Below, piece after piece: positions 53,347 through 62,346 of a stretch of 64,000 bases of DNA (position 1 is the stretch's first letter; each line of letters starts with the position of its first letter). The stretch comes from Naegleria gruberi (taxonomy: Eukaryota), in assembly GCA_000004985.1 (NCBI GenBank), contig GG738914.1. One strand, given 5' to 3'. The notes below the pieces were generated by a model that was not told the origin of the DNA, made no database searches, and saw nothing but the letters and a program-made list of their open reading frames with translations. The position numbers and the translations under genes are program-made.

Positions 53347-53703
53347 ATGAGTCATCACGAAAGACCTACCAGATTTAGCTTCTTTTTAGTTGCCTTATTT
53401 GTTGTTATTATTACAATTCTCACCATTACATGTGTTGGAATGAGTGGATATTTAATATTTTATGATAAGTGTCTTGATGATGCCAATGTATTGAACTTAT
53501 TTCCTTACAATGACCCAATGGCAATCATTGCAAGAATTATTATTTCACTCAATATTATAAAGTCAATTCCATATGCTTTATTTATGCCAAGAGATTGTTT
53601 ACATACATTGCTAAAGACAATTTTACCAGAATTATACAACCAAATTCAAAGGTCAAAAGTTAGAAACAATATTCTTCTTAGCTTGCATTTTTGGTTGTTG
53701 TAA
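53347..53703 (+). pseudogene. fragment of an SLC38/AVT-type (Aa_trans) amino-acid transporter, internal TM7-8 region only
   Basis: VGMSGYLIFYDKCLDDANVLNLFPYNDPMAIIARIIISLNIIKSIPYALFMPRDCLHTLL matches the SNAT/AVT segment FGYLTFYEHVESELLHTYS..ILLLIVRLAVLMAVTLTVPVVIFPIRSSVTHLL. An N-terminal ~250 aa and C-terminal ~100 aa expected for the family are absent from the flanks. Confidence 0.45.
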
Positions 53704-53938
53704 ATGCGTGTAATTGCAAAACACCTCAAAATCAATTTTCTCATTAAAAACAAATCGAAATGATGAATAAAAAAGAGAGTATCATGTCCACATCCATTGA
53801 GTTTTAATTTGTCATTTTTTGTGTTCTTCCACAAAGTAAACCTGCCAATCTTTTAGTATTTTATTAAAAATACCTTTAAAAAAAATCAACACCACAAACT
53901 CACAATACGGGTAGTGTCAAGAATCATCATATTATCAA

Positions 53939-54916
53939 ATGCTCTCTAAAATTCTTTTGTGGTGTTTGGCTTCCTTTTGCTTTGGAGGTTTACTTGGTTC
54001 CCTGATTGTCATTCAACACCGAAACTATAGTGTTCATGAATCTCAATTGACTTCTGGTAGCCTTCGACCTCCCTCTTCATACAAAACAAATCTACCTACG
54101 GCTTGTACTCCTCTTCCTTCGGCAACAGCAACAATATCCACCCCACAGTCCTCTTCTTCACTTCAATCAAAAGAACAAAAACTACGCGATATTTGTATCA
54201 TCCAATACGAATCAAGAAAACTGAAATCTATACAAAGTGCAAATTTAGAGGATGGCCAGAAGGGTTATTTCATTAGAGACTTGTCTATTTATGTGAACCA
54301 GAGATATGCCAAAAGACATGGCTATCCCTATGAATTTATTATTGCAGAGGAGAATGGAAGAAACGTTACTAGACATGCCGCTTGGTACAAATTAAAACTC
54401 ATTGAGAGGTATTTGATTGAGAATGAAAAAAAGTGTCAATTTGTTCTATTTATTGACAGTGATTGTTATTTCAGAATTATGAGTGCGACCATTGAGAGTG
54501 AAATAATTGATCTATATGATATGAATCAGGAAAATGGAACAAAGTTTTTTCTAGCTCCAAAGGATGAATATGGAGATTTTTTAAATTCTGGAACGTTGTT
54601 TTTCAGAAATAATGTCCAATCAATTCGATTCCTCAGAGAGTGGTGGGATGAAGGAGAGAAATCTCCCCAATATTTCTTCAGTCATCCATGGGAACAAAAG
54701 ATATTAGAAATTATGAGAGCAAGATATTTTGACTATATCATTACAGCTGGTAGTTACCACATAACATCTCCGAAAGGAACGTTCATTAGGCATTTGTATG
54801 GACGACCTGATGGAATAGCTCAGAGAGACAATTTCTTGGCCTCAGTAGGAATTAGTTTTGCTCAAGAGTATGAAGCAGAAGCTTTTAAAAGTGTCAAAGT
54901 AGTTCATTTAGGTTGA
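53939..54916 (+). CDS. type-II membrane glycosyltransferase, GT34-like (Mnn10/Gma12 alpha-1,6-mannosyl/galactosyltransferase family)
   Basis: 325 aa. N-terminal signal anchor LLWCLASFCFGGLLGSLIVI. AAWYKLKLIERYLIENEKKCQFVLFIDSDCYF fits the GT34 WaK...ewvwwlDsDA motif (DxD). Confidence 0.5.
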   Translation: MLSKILLWCLASFCFGGLLGSLIVIQHRNYSVHESQLTSGSLRPPSSYKTNLPTACTPLPSATATISTPQSSSSLQSKEQKLRDICIIQYESRKLKSIQSANLEDGQKGYFIRDLSIYVNQRYAKRHGYPYEFIIAEENGRNVTRHAAWYKLKLIERYLIENEKKCQFVLFIDSDCYFRIMSATIESEIIDLYDMNQENGTKFFLAPKDEYGDFLNSGTLFFRNNVQSIRFLREWWDEGEKSPQYFFSHPWEQKILEIMRARYFDYIITAGSYHITSPKGTFIRHLYGRPDGIAQRDNFLASVGISFAQEYEAEAFKSVKVVHLG

Positions 54917-55103
54917 ATTTTCATTTGTTATTAGAAAATAGGTTAAACCATAATTTGAATGATTAATACGTAGTTTGTTTATGTTCTTTATTGACACTTC
55001 GATGTTAATCTTCGAAAACACACCAGCAGCTTTTTCTGAGTGAAAAGCGAAATTGCAGTAAAGATTGAGTGTTCACTTCAATATTATTACCAAAAATAAG
55101 TTA

Positions 55104-56375
55104 TTAATAAAAAGAATGTTTAATTATTATAGATTTTCCTAAATCCTTATTATTTTCATATGGTCTACTAAACCAATCCCATCTATACCAAATTAAATAT
55201 TCTTTTACCCATTCCCATCCTTTCCAGTCATCATATGTATTACCAGCACAATTGAAATGTATTGCTCCCATAAAATGTGTTGTTCTATCAGCTGAACGTG
55301 AACGTGATGGTACTCCAAAGAAATTTTGACAATTTGCCAAATTCCAAGATGGATCCAATTCATTAAAAAAATTTGGTTTCATCTTATTTAGGGCAAATAA
55401 AAAATCTTGATCACTTCCATTTCTCTTTTCTTTAGATATTTGTTGTGTTTTTTCATCAAATCCAAATATTTCAATAGAAGCAGGAATTGCAAATTCTTTT
55501 AAGTAATTTACCTTTCTGGTCTTTTTCATATCCCATAAAAAAATACATGAGCATACATGGTTAGGCCCTTTACTTTCCCAATTAGGTTCTCTTGTCCATG
55601 AAAATAATGTTTCTTCTTTAAATTTATCAAATTCCGAAAATAATAAATCAGGATTTGTTCCAAATACCATATCTGTATCAACAAATATTGTTCTTTTAAC
55701 AGTATCAAATACTTTATCAAGAAATAATTTTACCATTCCCCATTTTCCTTTTGTAAATTAAATATTTAAATAATCTAAATATTACAATAATTTAAATATT
55801 AACATACCTGAATGATGTACAATAGGTATTTTTAATTCATTACATTCTTCATCAATTCTAGTTAAATTTACAATTTTAAAATTAACATTCAATTGTGTTC
55901 TATAAACTTTAATTCTATTAAAAACATTTTCTATTAGAAAATTCATATTATATAAATCGGTAGCAATATTTAATTCAATTTGAGTGTTTCCAACATGATT
56001 TAATAATATAGATTTTATCAATAGTGTAGTTTCATCACTTGTTGTTCTATTTCCACCAGAAACAATGGTAATTGATAGAGTTTTATCATTATCTTTGTTA
56101 ATTAATGTTGTTGCTGGTAAAGTTTGCGATGATGACAATAAAGGTGTAGGAGTGGTAATACAACTATTATGTGATATTGTTGTACTTTCGTTTTGTGGGG
56201 ATGTTCTTGTGGTTGTTTGTATTTGTAGGAAGAAGAATAGTATGGTAGGGATGGAAATAATTGTCAAAATAATGAGAGATTTGTGTTTTGTTAGCAGCAT
56301 TTTTTTAATATCAATAAGTGGGAAAATAACTTTTGACAGGGGTCTTGTTGTGGGTTGCCAGACATCAAAAACCAA
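55104..56375 (-). CDS. type-II membrane glycosyltransferase, GT8-like (LARGE/GXYLT/glycogenin superfamily), 2 exons (55808-56375; 55104-55747) with a 60-nt intron
   Basis: Exon 1 has a TM anchor LIILTIISIPTILFFFLQ and a stem, ending ...PIVHHS G|gtatgt. The intron ends ..tttacaaaag|. Exon 2 reads (G)KWGMVKLFLDKVFDTVKRTIFVDTDMVFGTNPDLLFSEF..., the GT8 K(L/I)FLP...viyLDaDvi motif with DxD. The frame is continuous. The true start may be the second Met (MLLTKHK). Confidence 0.55.
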
Positions 56376-56702
56376 GAAAACAGTGAAACATCTTCATATT
56401 TTGCATTTCACTGTTATGACTATATAATAGTAGTTCAGCAAGGTAAGATGTCTCAATTAGTTGTTGTGGAAGAAGAGGTAGTCTCACACTGAATTTTCTC
56501 TTTGTGAGGTTGTTTTAATTTTTGATGAAATTGATTCCATTACAGAATTGATGTCGACTGCGCCATGGCCCTACACATTGAGTTTAAAAACAAATGATGA
56601 ACAAGCATATTTAAGGGAAGATGAACGTGTCTTGAGACCTAGTGACACTAGGAAAAACTTCGGAATTCATAATTTTTTATTTCCTTAAAACAGGTAAAAG
56701 GA

Positions 56703-56791
56703 AGGGTGGTACGTGGATCGAACACGTGACCATCGGATGTCTGCTGCAATTAACTTTGCAATCCGGTGCTCTACCGCTGAGCTAACCGCCC
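56703..56791 (-). tRNA. tRNA-Cys (GCA) with a ~17-nt intron
   Basis: Reverse complement GGGCGGT TA GCTC AGCGGTA GAGC A CCGGA TTGCAA[agttaattgcagcagac]A TCCGA TGGTC ACGTG TTCGATC CACGT ACCACCC T. Anticodon GCA, intron after position 37, discriminator U (typical for Cys), downstream T-run. The fold has one C-A mismatch in the acceptor (4:69) and one in the anticodon stem (27:43). Confidence 0.6.
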
Positions 56792-56809
56792 TGTTGATTA
56801 CATCCTTAA

Positions 56810-57154
56810 CTATTGAACGTCTTCCCTAAAGGAGTTCCAATCCACTCTAAGGACTGGATCTTTTGAATGGAACAAAGTTCTGCTATAATTAGTATGATAA
56901 GGAGGTTGCAAACCTTGAAATTTTGATTCCTTATAACTATTATACTTTTCTTTGTTCAAATTGTAATTGTATCGATTGGCTTCAAAAAGAGAAAAGTACA
57001 AAACTACTTGAAGAGAAAGGCCTGCCATGATTGGCCATTTCCACTTCTTCATCAAGTCAGTGGACATGCCATGGAAATGCATCTTGTGATTATTAGTTGT
57101 TGTTACCATTTTTTTAAAGTTTGGTTTAATTGAATGTTTTACAATGATAATCAT
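56810..57154 (-). CDS. small hypothetical single-TM protein
   Basis: 114-aa ORF (likely start MSTDLMKKWKWPIMAGLSLQVVLYFSLF). One hydrophobic helix, no family recognised. Weak call. Confidence 0.25.
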   Translation of the reverse strand: MIIIVKHSIKPNFKKMVTTTNNHKMHFHGMSTDLMKKWKWPIMAGLSLQVVLYFSLFEANRYNYNLNKEKYNSYKESKFQGLQPPYHTNYSRTLFHSKDPVLRVDWNSFREDVQ

Positions 57155-57168
57155 TCAAAATGGAAAAT

Positions 57169-58461
57169 TTACAAATCTGGTATGGTTTTGCAGCATTGAC
57201 CATACATGTGCTCTACTTTATCAATGCTCAATCGTCGATTAAATCTTTGTTCCTCTATTTTGAGTTTAGGGAAGCATTTACAAAGCAATAGAGCAGTTGT
57301 TTCATCCACCTTATTTCCTCCAAATCGGAAAGTTGTCAACTCGGGGAGGTTAGCTTTGGTGAGTGGCATTAATTTACAAGATTCAAGTCTGTTCTTGGAC
57401 ATATCCAAGTGCTTTAGTTTGGGTAAATTGATTGATGGCATGAATTCCAAAAATTCTAATGAGTTAAATAGTTCAATATTATTGGATAATTTCAACTTTC
57501 GCAGTTCTTTCAAATCATTCAGACCAGTAAGCTTGCTGATCATTGTGCTCGATATGTCCAACTTTCTCAATCTTACCAGATTAGAAAGATCAATAGAAGT
57601 AATACATGGGTTATCGGAAATGTTCAATTTTTCCAATTTTCTTAATTTTGTGAGAGGTATCTGGCTGATTACTGTTAGTGAAAGATTGAGTTGTCTCAAT
57701 TCTTTCAGATTCGAAATGAATGAAATGGCATCACCAACAGGAGTAAAACTCAGATCAAGTGTTGTCAAGGTAGTTAATTTTGGTAGATATTTGAAAGCCT
57801 CGTCAGTATTTACCCTTGCTTTCAATTTTCTTAGTTTCAGATCTTTCAATGCAGTTATATTACAAATATTTTGTATTCCAAGCTCACAAACACAGCTGTC
57901 CATAATTTCCACACATTTCAACTTCATGCTGCCAAATAACTGATAATCAGCAAGTGTCAATTTTACATTTCGCAAACTAATCTTTGTCAACTCTTTCAAA
58001 TTACCTAATTCTTTCAAACAATTATTATCAAACTTGATTTTAGATTCATTATCAAATTTAAATCCTCTCAAATTACTATGTATTATCAACCGTTTGATTT
58101 CATCATCATTTTCCACTTTTTTAAATTTAATTTTCGTTCCGAGATGAGAAATTAATTTCAAACCTCCCTTCTCAGCTAATTTCCTCCATCTTTCATACTT
58201 TTTCATGCAATCAAACACAATATTAATCTGAACATTACTTTCCTGTACATATCTGTACCATTTCCTCGATACCAAAGCACACTTTATCACCTCTCTATTA
58301 TGCAAATAGGTAAAAATCACTTTCGATATCACTTCCGAACCCAAAGTTTCGATCAGTGGCTCTTCCTCATCAGCATCATCACCAACACCTCCTCCCAATA
58401 ATAAGCCCTGTTCTCTCGGCTGACTCGTGCTACTACTAAAAAACGTTCGAAAGAATTGCAT
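57169..58461 (-). CDS. F-box / leucine-rich-repeat protein
   Basis: 430 aa. The N-terminal F-box reads VISKVIFTYLHNREVIKCALVSRKWYRYVQ. It is followed by 12 or more LRRs of ~24 aa (LKELRKLKLSNNIELFNSLEFLEFMPSINLPKLKHLDMSKNRL...). Confidence 0.75.
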   Translation of the reverse strand: MQFFRTFFSSSTSQPREQGLLLGGGVGDDADEEEPLIETLGSEVISKVIFTYLHNREVIKCALVSRKWYRYVQESNVQINIVFDCMKKYERWRKLAEKGGLKLISHLGTKIKFKKVENDDEIKRLIIHSNLRGFKFDNESKIKFDNNCLKELGNLKELTKISLRNVKLTLADYQLFGSMKLKCVEIMDSCVCELGIQNICNITALKDLKLRKLKARVNTDEAFKYLPKLTTLTTLDLSFTPVGDAISFISNLKELRQLNLSLTVISQIPLTKLRKLEKLNISDNPCITSIDLSNLVRLRKLDISSTMISKLTGLNDLKELRKLKLSNNIELFNSLEFLEFMPSINLPKLKHLDMSKNRLESCKLMPLTKANLPELTTFRFGGNKVDETTALLLCKCFPKLKIEEQRFNRRLSIDKVEHMYGQCCKTIPDL

Positions 58462-58671
58462 CGTTGATTGGCGCTTATTTTTTTCTTAAAGTTTTACAGT
58501 AGCAACAATAATGTGGAATGTTAGTGGAATGGAGGCAAGGCAATAGTATGTGAAATCTGGAATTGTTGGAAACTAGTGGTTACTTATCTACAATGGTAGA
58601 TATTCTTGAGGATTCAAAGAGAGTGAGAATGAATTGTGAAAGAGGAAAGTTTGGTTTTCATTGTTGGATGA

Positions 58672-60033
58672 TTAGGGATATTGGACTCGATTTCCTAAGG
58701 TGATGTTTTGATAGGCTTCCTTCATGCGAATGTCAAATAATTCTTTCGAGTATTGTACATAGAATCCATTGGATTTAACTGCTTCGATCTGAAGTAGCAA
58801 GTTGTTCTTTCTGTTTTGTCCGTTTAATAAATAACCCAAATTTGTTCCATCCATTCTGATATTTCTTTGAGGATCATATAGAGATGAAATATTGCTATTT
58901 GGTGGAGAACTCTGATAAAGATGTTGTTGAATTTCAGTATCTTTCTGTAGAGATAGGGGAATTAAGGAAGTAAGAAATCGATTCTTTGAAATTGCAAGCA
59001 AAGCCAATGTCTTGTCATGTTTCAATTCTGTGGAGCAGAATTCGTATGCTTCTGGATTCTTTTGAATAGCTATCATGACCAGCTCTCTATCATTTTTCAA
59101 TTCATTGGAGGCATATTTGAGAGCTGCACCATTTTGATTCACTGCTTGGAGCACTATTTCTCTATCATTCCTTAGTGAATCGTCCAAATATTGAAGAGCT
59201 GCTCCGTAGCGAGTGACACTTTTCATGACAATGTTTCTGTCTTTTTTGAGAGTTGTTGATGCATATTGGATGCAAGAACCTTGGCTTTTGATTGCTTCCA
59301 TTACTAATTCAAAGTCATTTTGTAAATTGGAATTTACATATTTAAGAATCTCAGGATGAGTATTGACAGCTGTTATCACAATTTCCCTATCATTTCGAAA
59401 TGAAAATGTGTATTCCAATGCTCTTCCGTTTCGTTTCACAGCCTCAAATACCAATTCTCTATCATTCTGTAATGATTTATCAGCAAACTTGATAGATAAT
59501 GGCTCGTTTTTCACTGCCTCCATCATTAATTCCCTGTCCTTTCTTAATTGTTGCGAAACATGCGAAAGAATTTCTGAATCTCCATTTCTTACACATTCCA
59601 ATAGTACATTCCTACAATTTATCCATTTCACTAACTCCTTTTTTACTGATCCAATCTTAATAATATCACTAAATTGGTATCTTTTAGCTAATTTTACAAC
59701 CATTTCCTCAGTCAATCGATCTTGCAATTTTTTCCCTTGTTTACAAAAGCTTACAAAAAATTCAACGAAAATGTCTTCATCTTGTTGTAGGCTCGGAGGA
59801 ATCTGTTCAAATATCGAAATGGCCTTTGGAAAATCCCTTCCACAATTTTCTCTTCTAATAAACTTGAGTAGAAAATTCTTATCATGAGAAAATTCTATCG
59901 GAATGTATTGATAATTGTCTTCTCTGCGCTCCAGCCATAATTTTCTAAATTTCCTATCAATAGAATAGTGGTTTTTCAGGAGAGAACTTGGTGCCGAGTC
60001 GGAGAGCATAATTATAACATGTTGTTGATTCAT
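58672..60033 (-). CDS. repeat protein with 7.5 tandem 25-aa repeats (DUF4116-like)
   Basis: 453 aa. After a ~160-aa non-repeat head come DRELMMEAVKNEPLSIKFADKSLQN / DRELVFEAVKRNGRALEYTFSFRN / DREIVLQAVNQNGAALKYASNELKN and further copies. I recall this motif as DUF4116-like; this is unverified. Confidence 0.6.
   Translation of the reverse strand: MNQQHVIIMLSDSAPSSLLKNHYSIDRKFRKLWLERREDNYQYIPIEFSHDKNFLLKFIRRENCGRDFPKAISIFEQIPPSLQQDEDIFVEFFVSFCKQGKKLQDRLTEEMVVKLAKRYQFSDIIKIGSVKKELVKWINCRNVLLECVRNGDSEILSHVSQQLRKDRELMMEAVKNEPLSIKFADKSLQNDRELVFEAVKRNGRALEYTFSFRNDREIVITAVNTHPEILKYVNSNLQNDFELVMEAIKSQGSCIQYASTTLKKDRNIVMKSVTRYGAALQYLDDSLRNDREIVLQAVNQNGAALKYASNELKNDRELVMIAIQKNPEAYEFCSTELKHDKTLALLAISKNRFLTSLIPLSLQKDTEIQQHLYQSSPPNSNISSLYDPQRNIRMDGTNLGYLLNGQNRKNNLLLQIEAVKSNGFYVQYSKELFDIRMKEAYQNITLGNRVQYP
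58950..59550. repeat. 75-bp periodic coding tandem repeat (the 25-aa repeats of the 58672-60033 gene)
   Basis: Repeated ...aatgatagagaa(a/t)t(a/g)gt... blocks corresponding to the NDRE(I/L)V motif at 75-nt spacing. Confidence 0.5.
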
Positions 60034-60331
60034 TTTTTTTGATCTATTACAATGAAATGAAGTTATTGTAAACTTTCACAACCTTCTTTACATGTCTTTC
60101 TTGAAGTACTTGATTTTGAATTTATCTCATATCAAGAATCATTGATTTTCTTCTTTTGGTTTTGAATTCGTCCAGTTTGAGTTAATCAAGGTCAATAAAA
60201 GCTTGTTTACAGGTCTTCAACATTATTTCTTATACAATGAAAATATTCGAAAGTACAATTAAGATTTATTCAAAAAGATAATTCCAGATGTCAAAATCTT
60301 CAACACGTCAATTACAAAACCCAAACAATTC

Positions 60332-61231
60332 ATGACTCAAAAAAAAATGACCAAACGTGTATTAATTTTTGGTCAATCAGGTGTAGGTAAATCCTCCATG
60401 ATCAATGCTCTCGCCAATAGCAAACTCCCAGTTTTGGATGGAGCAGTTGGAACCACCTTTGAAAGCGAAGAAGTTTCGTTTAAAGATTCGTCCAATCAAG
60501 AAATACTTCTCATCGATACAGTAGGTCTCAGCGAATCAGCAACTGGCACCTCCTCTTCAATCGATTCTTTCATCAAACTCAAAAATCTATTGAAAAAATC
60601 AACTTGCGGTTTCAATTTAATGATCTTTGTAACAACCAAAGATCGAATCACAGGTAATGATAAAGCCAATATCGAACTATTCAAGACTATTCTTGGTGAT
60701 GACAAAGTGCCAGTAATCATGGTGGTTAATAAGAGTGAAAATCTTGAAGATTGTGAGAATATGGTATTAGATTTGGAGAGTAATCAGTGGGTTACTAAAA
60801 ATCTTTTGTATATTGAACAAGTTTATGGAAAGGATTGTTTTGCTTGTATTAAATCGACTTCTTTCCCATGTACGAAAGGAGACGATTTGACATTCTCTGA
60901 AGAGGAAAAGAAGTTGGTTAGTGAAGCTTCGAGAAGGATTGTTCTCGCAATGATTAACAAGTACTCTTCCAAGGAAAGTGTAGTACTTATCAGATCTAGT
61001 CAAGATTTATTTTCGAAACTCGTTCGAATGTGGAATTTGTTTCTTTTTAAAACTGGAGAGACAGCTTTCAAGATTGGAATTGATTTACAATCATTCTCAA
61101 GTGTTGGAAAGTTGGCAGAGAAACTAAAGGTGATCTTTAAGGCAGATATTAATTTTCTTGAACTGGCTATGGATCTTTATGGAATTGGTGTCAATAACAA
61201 TGAACATGATGTTGCTTGTAATAAAAAATAA
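60332..61231 (+). CDS. P-loop GTPase of MMR_HSR1/AIG1-like type with a C-terminal helical domain (paralogue A)
   Basis: 299 aa. G1 LIFGQSGVGKSSMINAL, G2 AVGTT, G3 LIDTVGL, G4 VVNKSE. The same architecture recurs in the next two genes. Confidence 0.7.
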   Translation: MTQKKMTKRVLIFGQSGVGKSSMINALANSKLPVLDGAVGTTFESEEVSFKDSSNQEILLIDTVGLSESATGTSSSIDSFIKLKNLLKKSTCGFNLMIFVTTKDRITGNDKANIELFKTILGDDKVPVIMVVNKSENLEDCENMVLDLESNQWVTKNLLYIEQVYGKDCFACIKSTSFPCTKGDDLTFSEEEKKLVSEASRRIVLAMINKYSSKESVVLIRSSQDLFSKLVRMWNLFLFKTGETAFKIGIDLQSFSSVGKLAEKLKVIFKADINFLELAMDLYGIGVNNNEHDVACNKK

Positions 61232-61283
61232 ATCTATCAAAGTAATGGACGAAACTGAAAAGTAATACTTTCGAATAAATTTA

Positions 61284-62177
61284 TTAGAATCCCAAAATAT
61301 CCTTAGCAACTTCTTGTGCCTTCTCCTTACTAACACCAAAGTTAATCATTAGCGCTTGAGTAACATTTTCCAACTTTTCTTCAAGCTCATCACGAACATT
61401 GAAAACATCCTTATGACCAAATATTCCAGCAATAGCATTTCCAATACTTGCAAAGGTCTTTTTCGTATTAATATAGAACCAATTCAATACTCTTGTGAGG
61501 ACTGTCATGAAATTTTCCTTCGTTACAATAAAAATACTTTCATCAGAAGCATGTTGGTCAATCAGATCAAACAATAGTTTTCTTGAGGTGTTGCATAATA
61601 AATTGATACTTTCATTGTTGCTAGTAAAGGAAGGTTGTGGGAAGGCAACTGTTTGTTTTGCACAGAAGGTTTGCTCACCGAAAGCACTTGCCAATTGAGA
61701 TTCGTTTTGTTTAATCCAAGTATTATTGGTTAAATCATCGAGAGATTTCAAACCGTTATCTGTGTCAGCTTTGGAAACAACCATAAGTGTTGGAACTTTG
61801 TTTTGGCCAAGGATTTGAGAGAATAATTGAACATTCTTTACATCACTACTTGTGATTCGTCCCTTTTCGAATACATAGATGAATAGGTTGAAACCTGTCA
61901 AGGAATCTTTCAAAAAGTCTTTCAACTTTACAAAGGCGGTAAAGTTATCAACTGTGCCAGATTCACATTCATTCAAACCTACTGTATCATCAAAACGATA
62001 GATTTTACCATTGATCTCTGTTCCCTGTTTGTTGATTGGTGGAATAATTGTCATTTGAAAAGTGACACCAACAGCACTGTCGTCAGTATTAAAGTTTTCA
62101 CCAGTCAAATTGTTTAAAATTGTGGTTTTGCCTGATCCTGAACATCCATAGATTAACACACGTCTTTCTGTTTTCAT
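61284..62177 (-). CDS. P-loop GTPase, paralogue B of the same family
   Basis: 297 aa. G1 LIYGCSGSGKTTILNNL, AVGVT, FDDTVGL, G4 VVSKAD. It is colinear with paralogue A (...GFNLFIYV(F/T)...KVP(V/T)(I/L)MVV(N/S)K...). Confidence 0.7.
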   Translation of the reverse strand: MKTERRVLIYGCSGSGKTTILNNLTGENFNTDDSAVGVTFQMTIIPPINKQGTEINGKIYRFDDTVGLNECESGTVDNFTAFVKLKDFLKDSLTGFNLFIYVFEKGRITSSDVKNVQLFSQILGQNKVPTLMVVSKADTDNGLKSLDDLTNNTWIKQNESQLASAFGEQTFCAKQTVAFPQPSFTSNNESINLLCNTSRKLLFDLIDQHASDESIFIVTKENFMTVLTRVLNWFYINTKKTFASIGNAIAGIFGHKDVFNVRDELEEKLENVTQALMINFGVSKEKAQEVAKDILGF

Positions 62178-62346
62178 TTTTTGTTTTTTATAATTCTTAT
62201 TCGAATCCTTCTAATTGTTTGCAATGTCCATTTTCCAGTGTTGTGAGAATTACAAAAACCTAATTTGAAAATTAAATACTTTTTTGAACCCTAGTCTGCC
62301 CATTTTCTGAACCAAATGAATACTTTCCAATAAATCAAAAAGAAAA

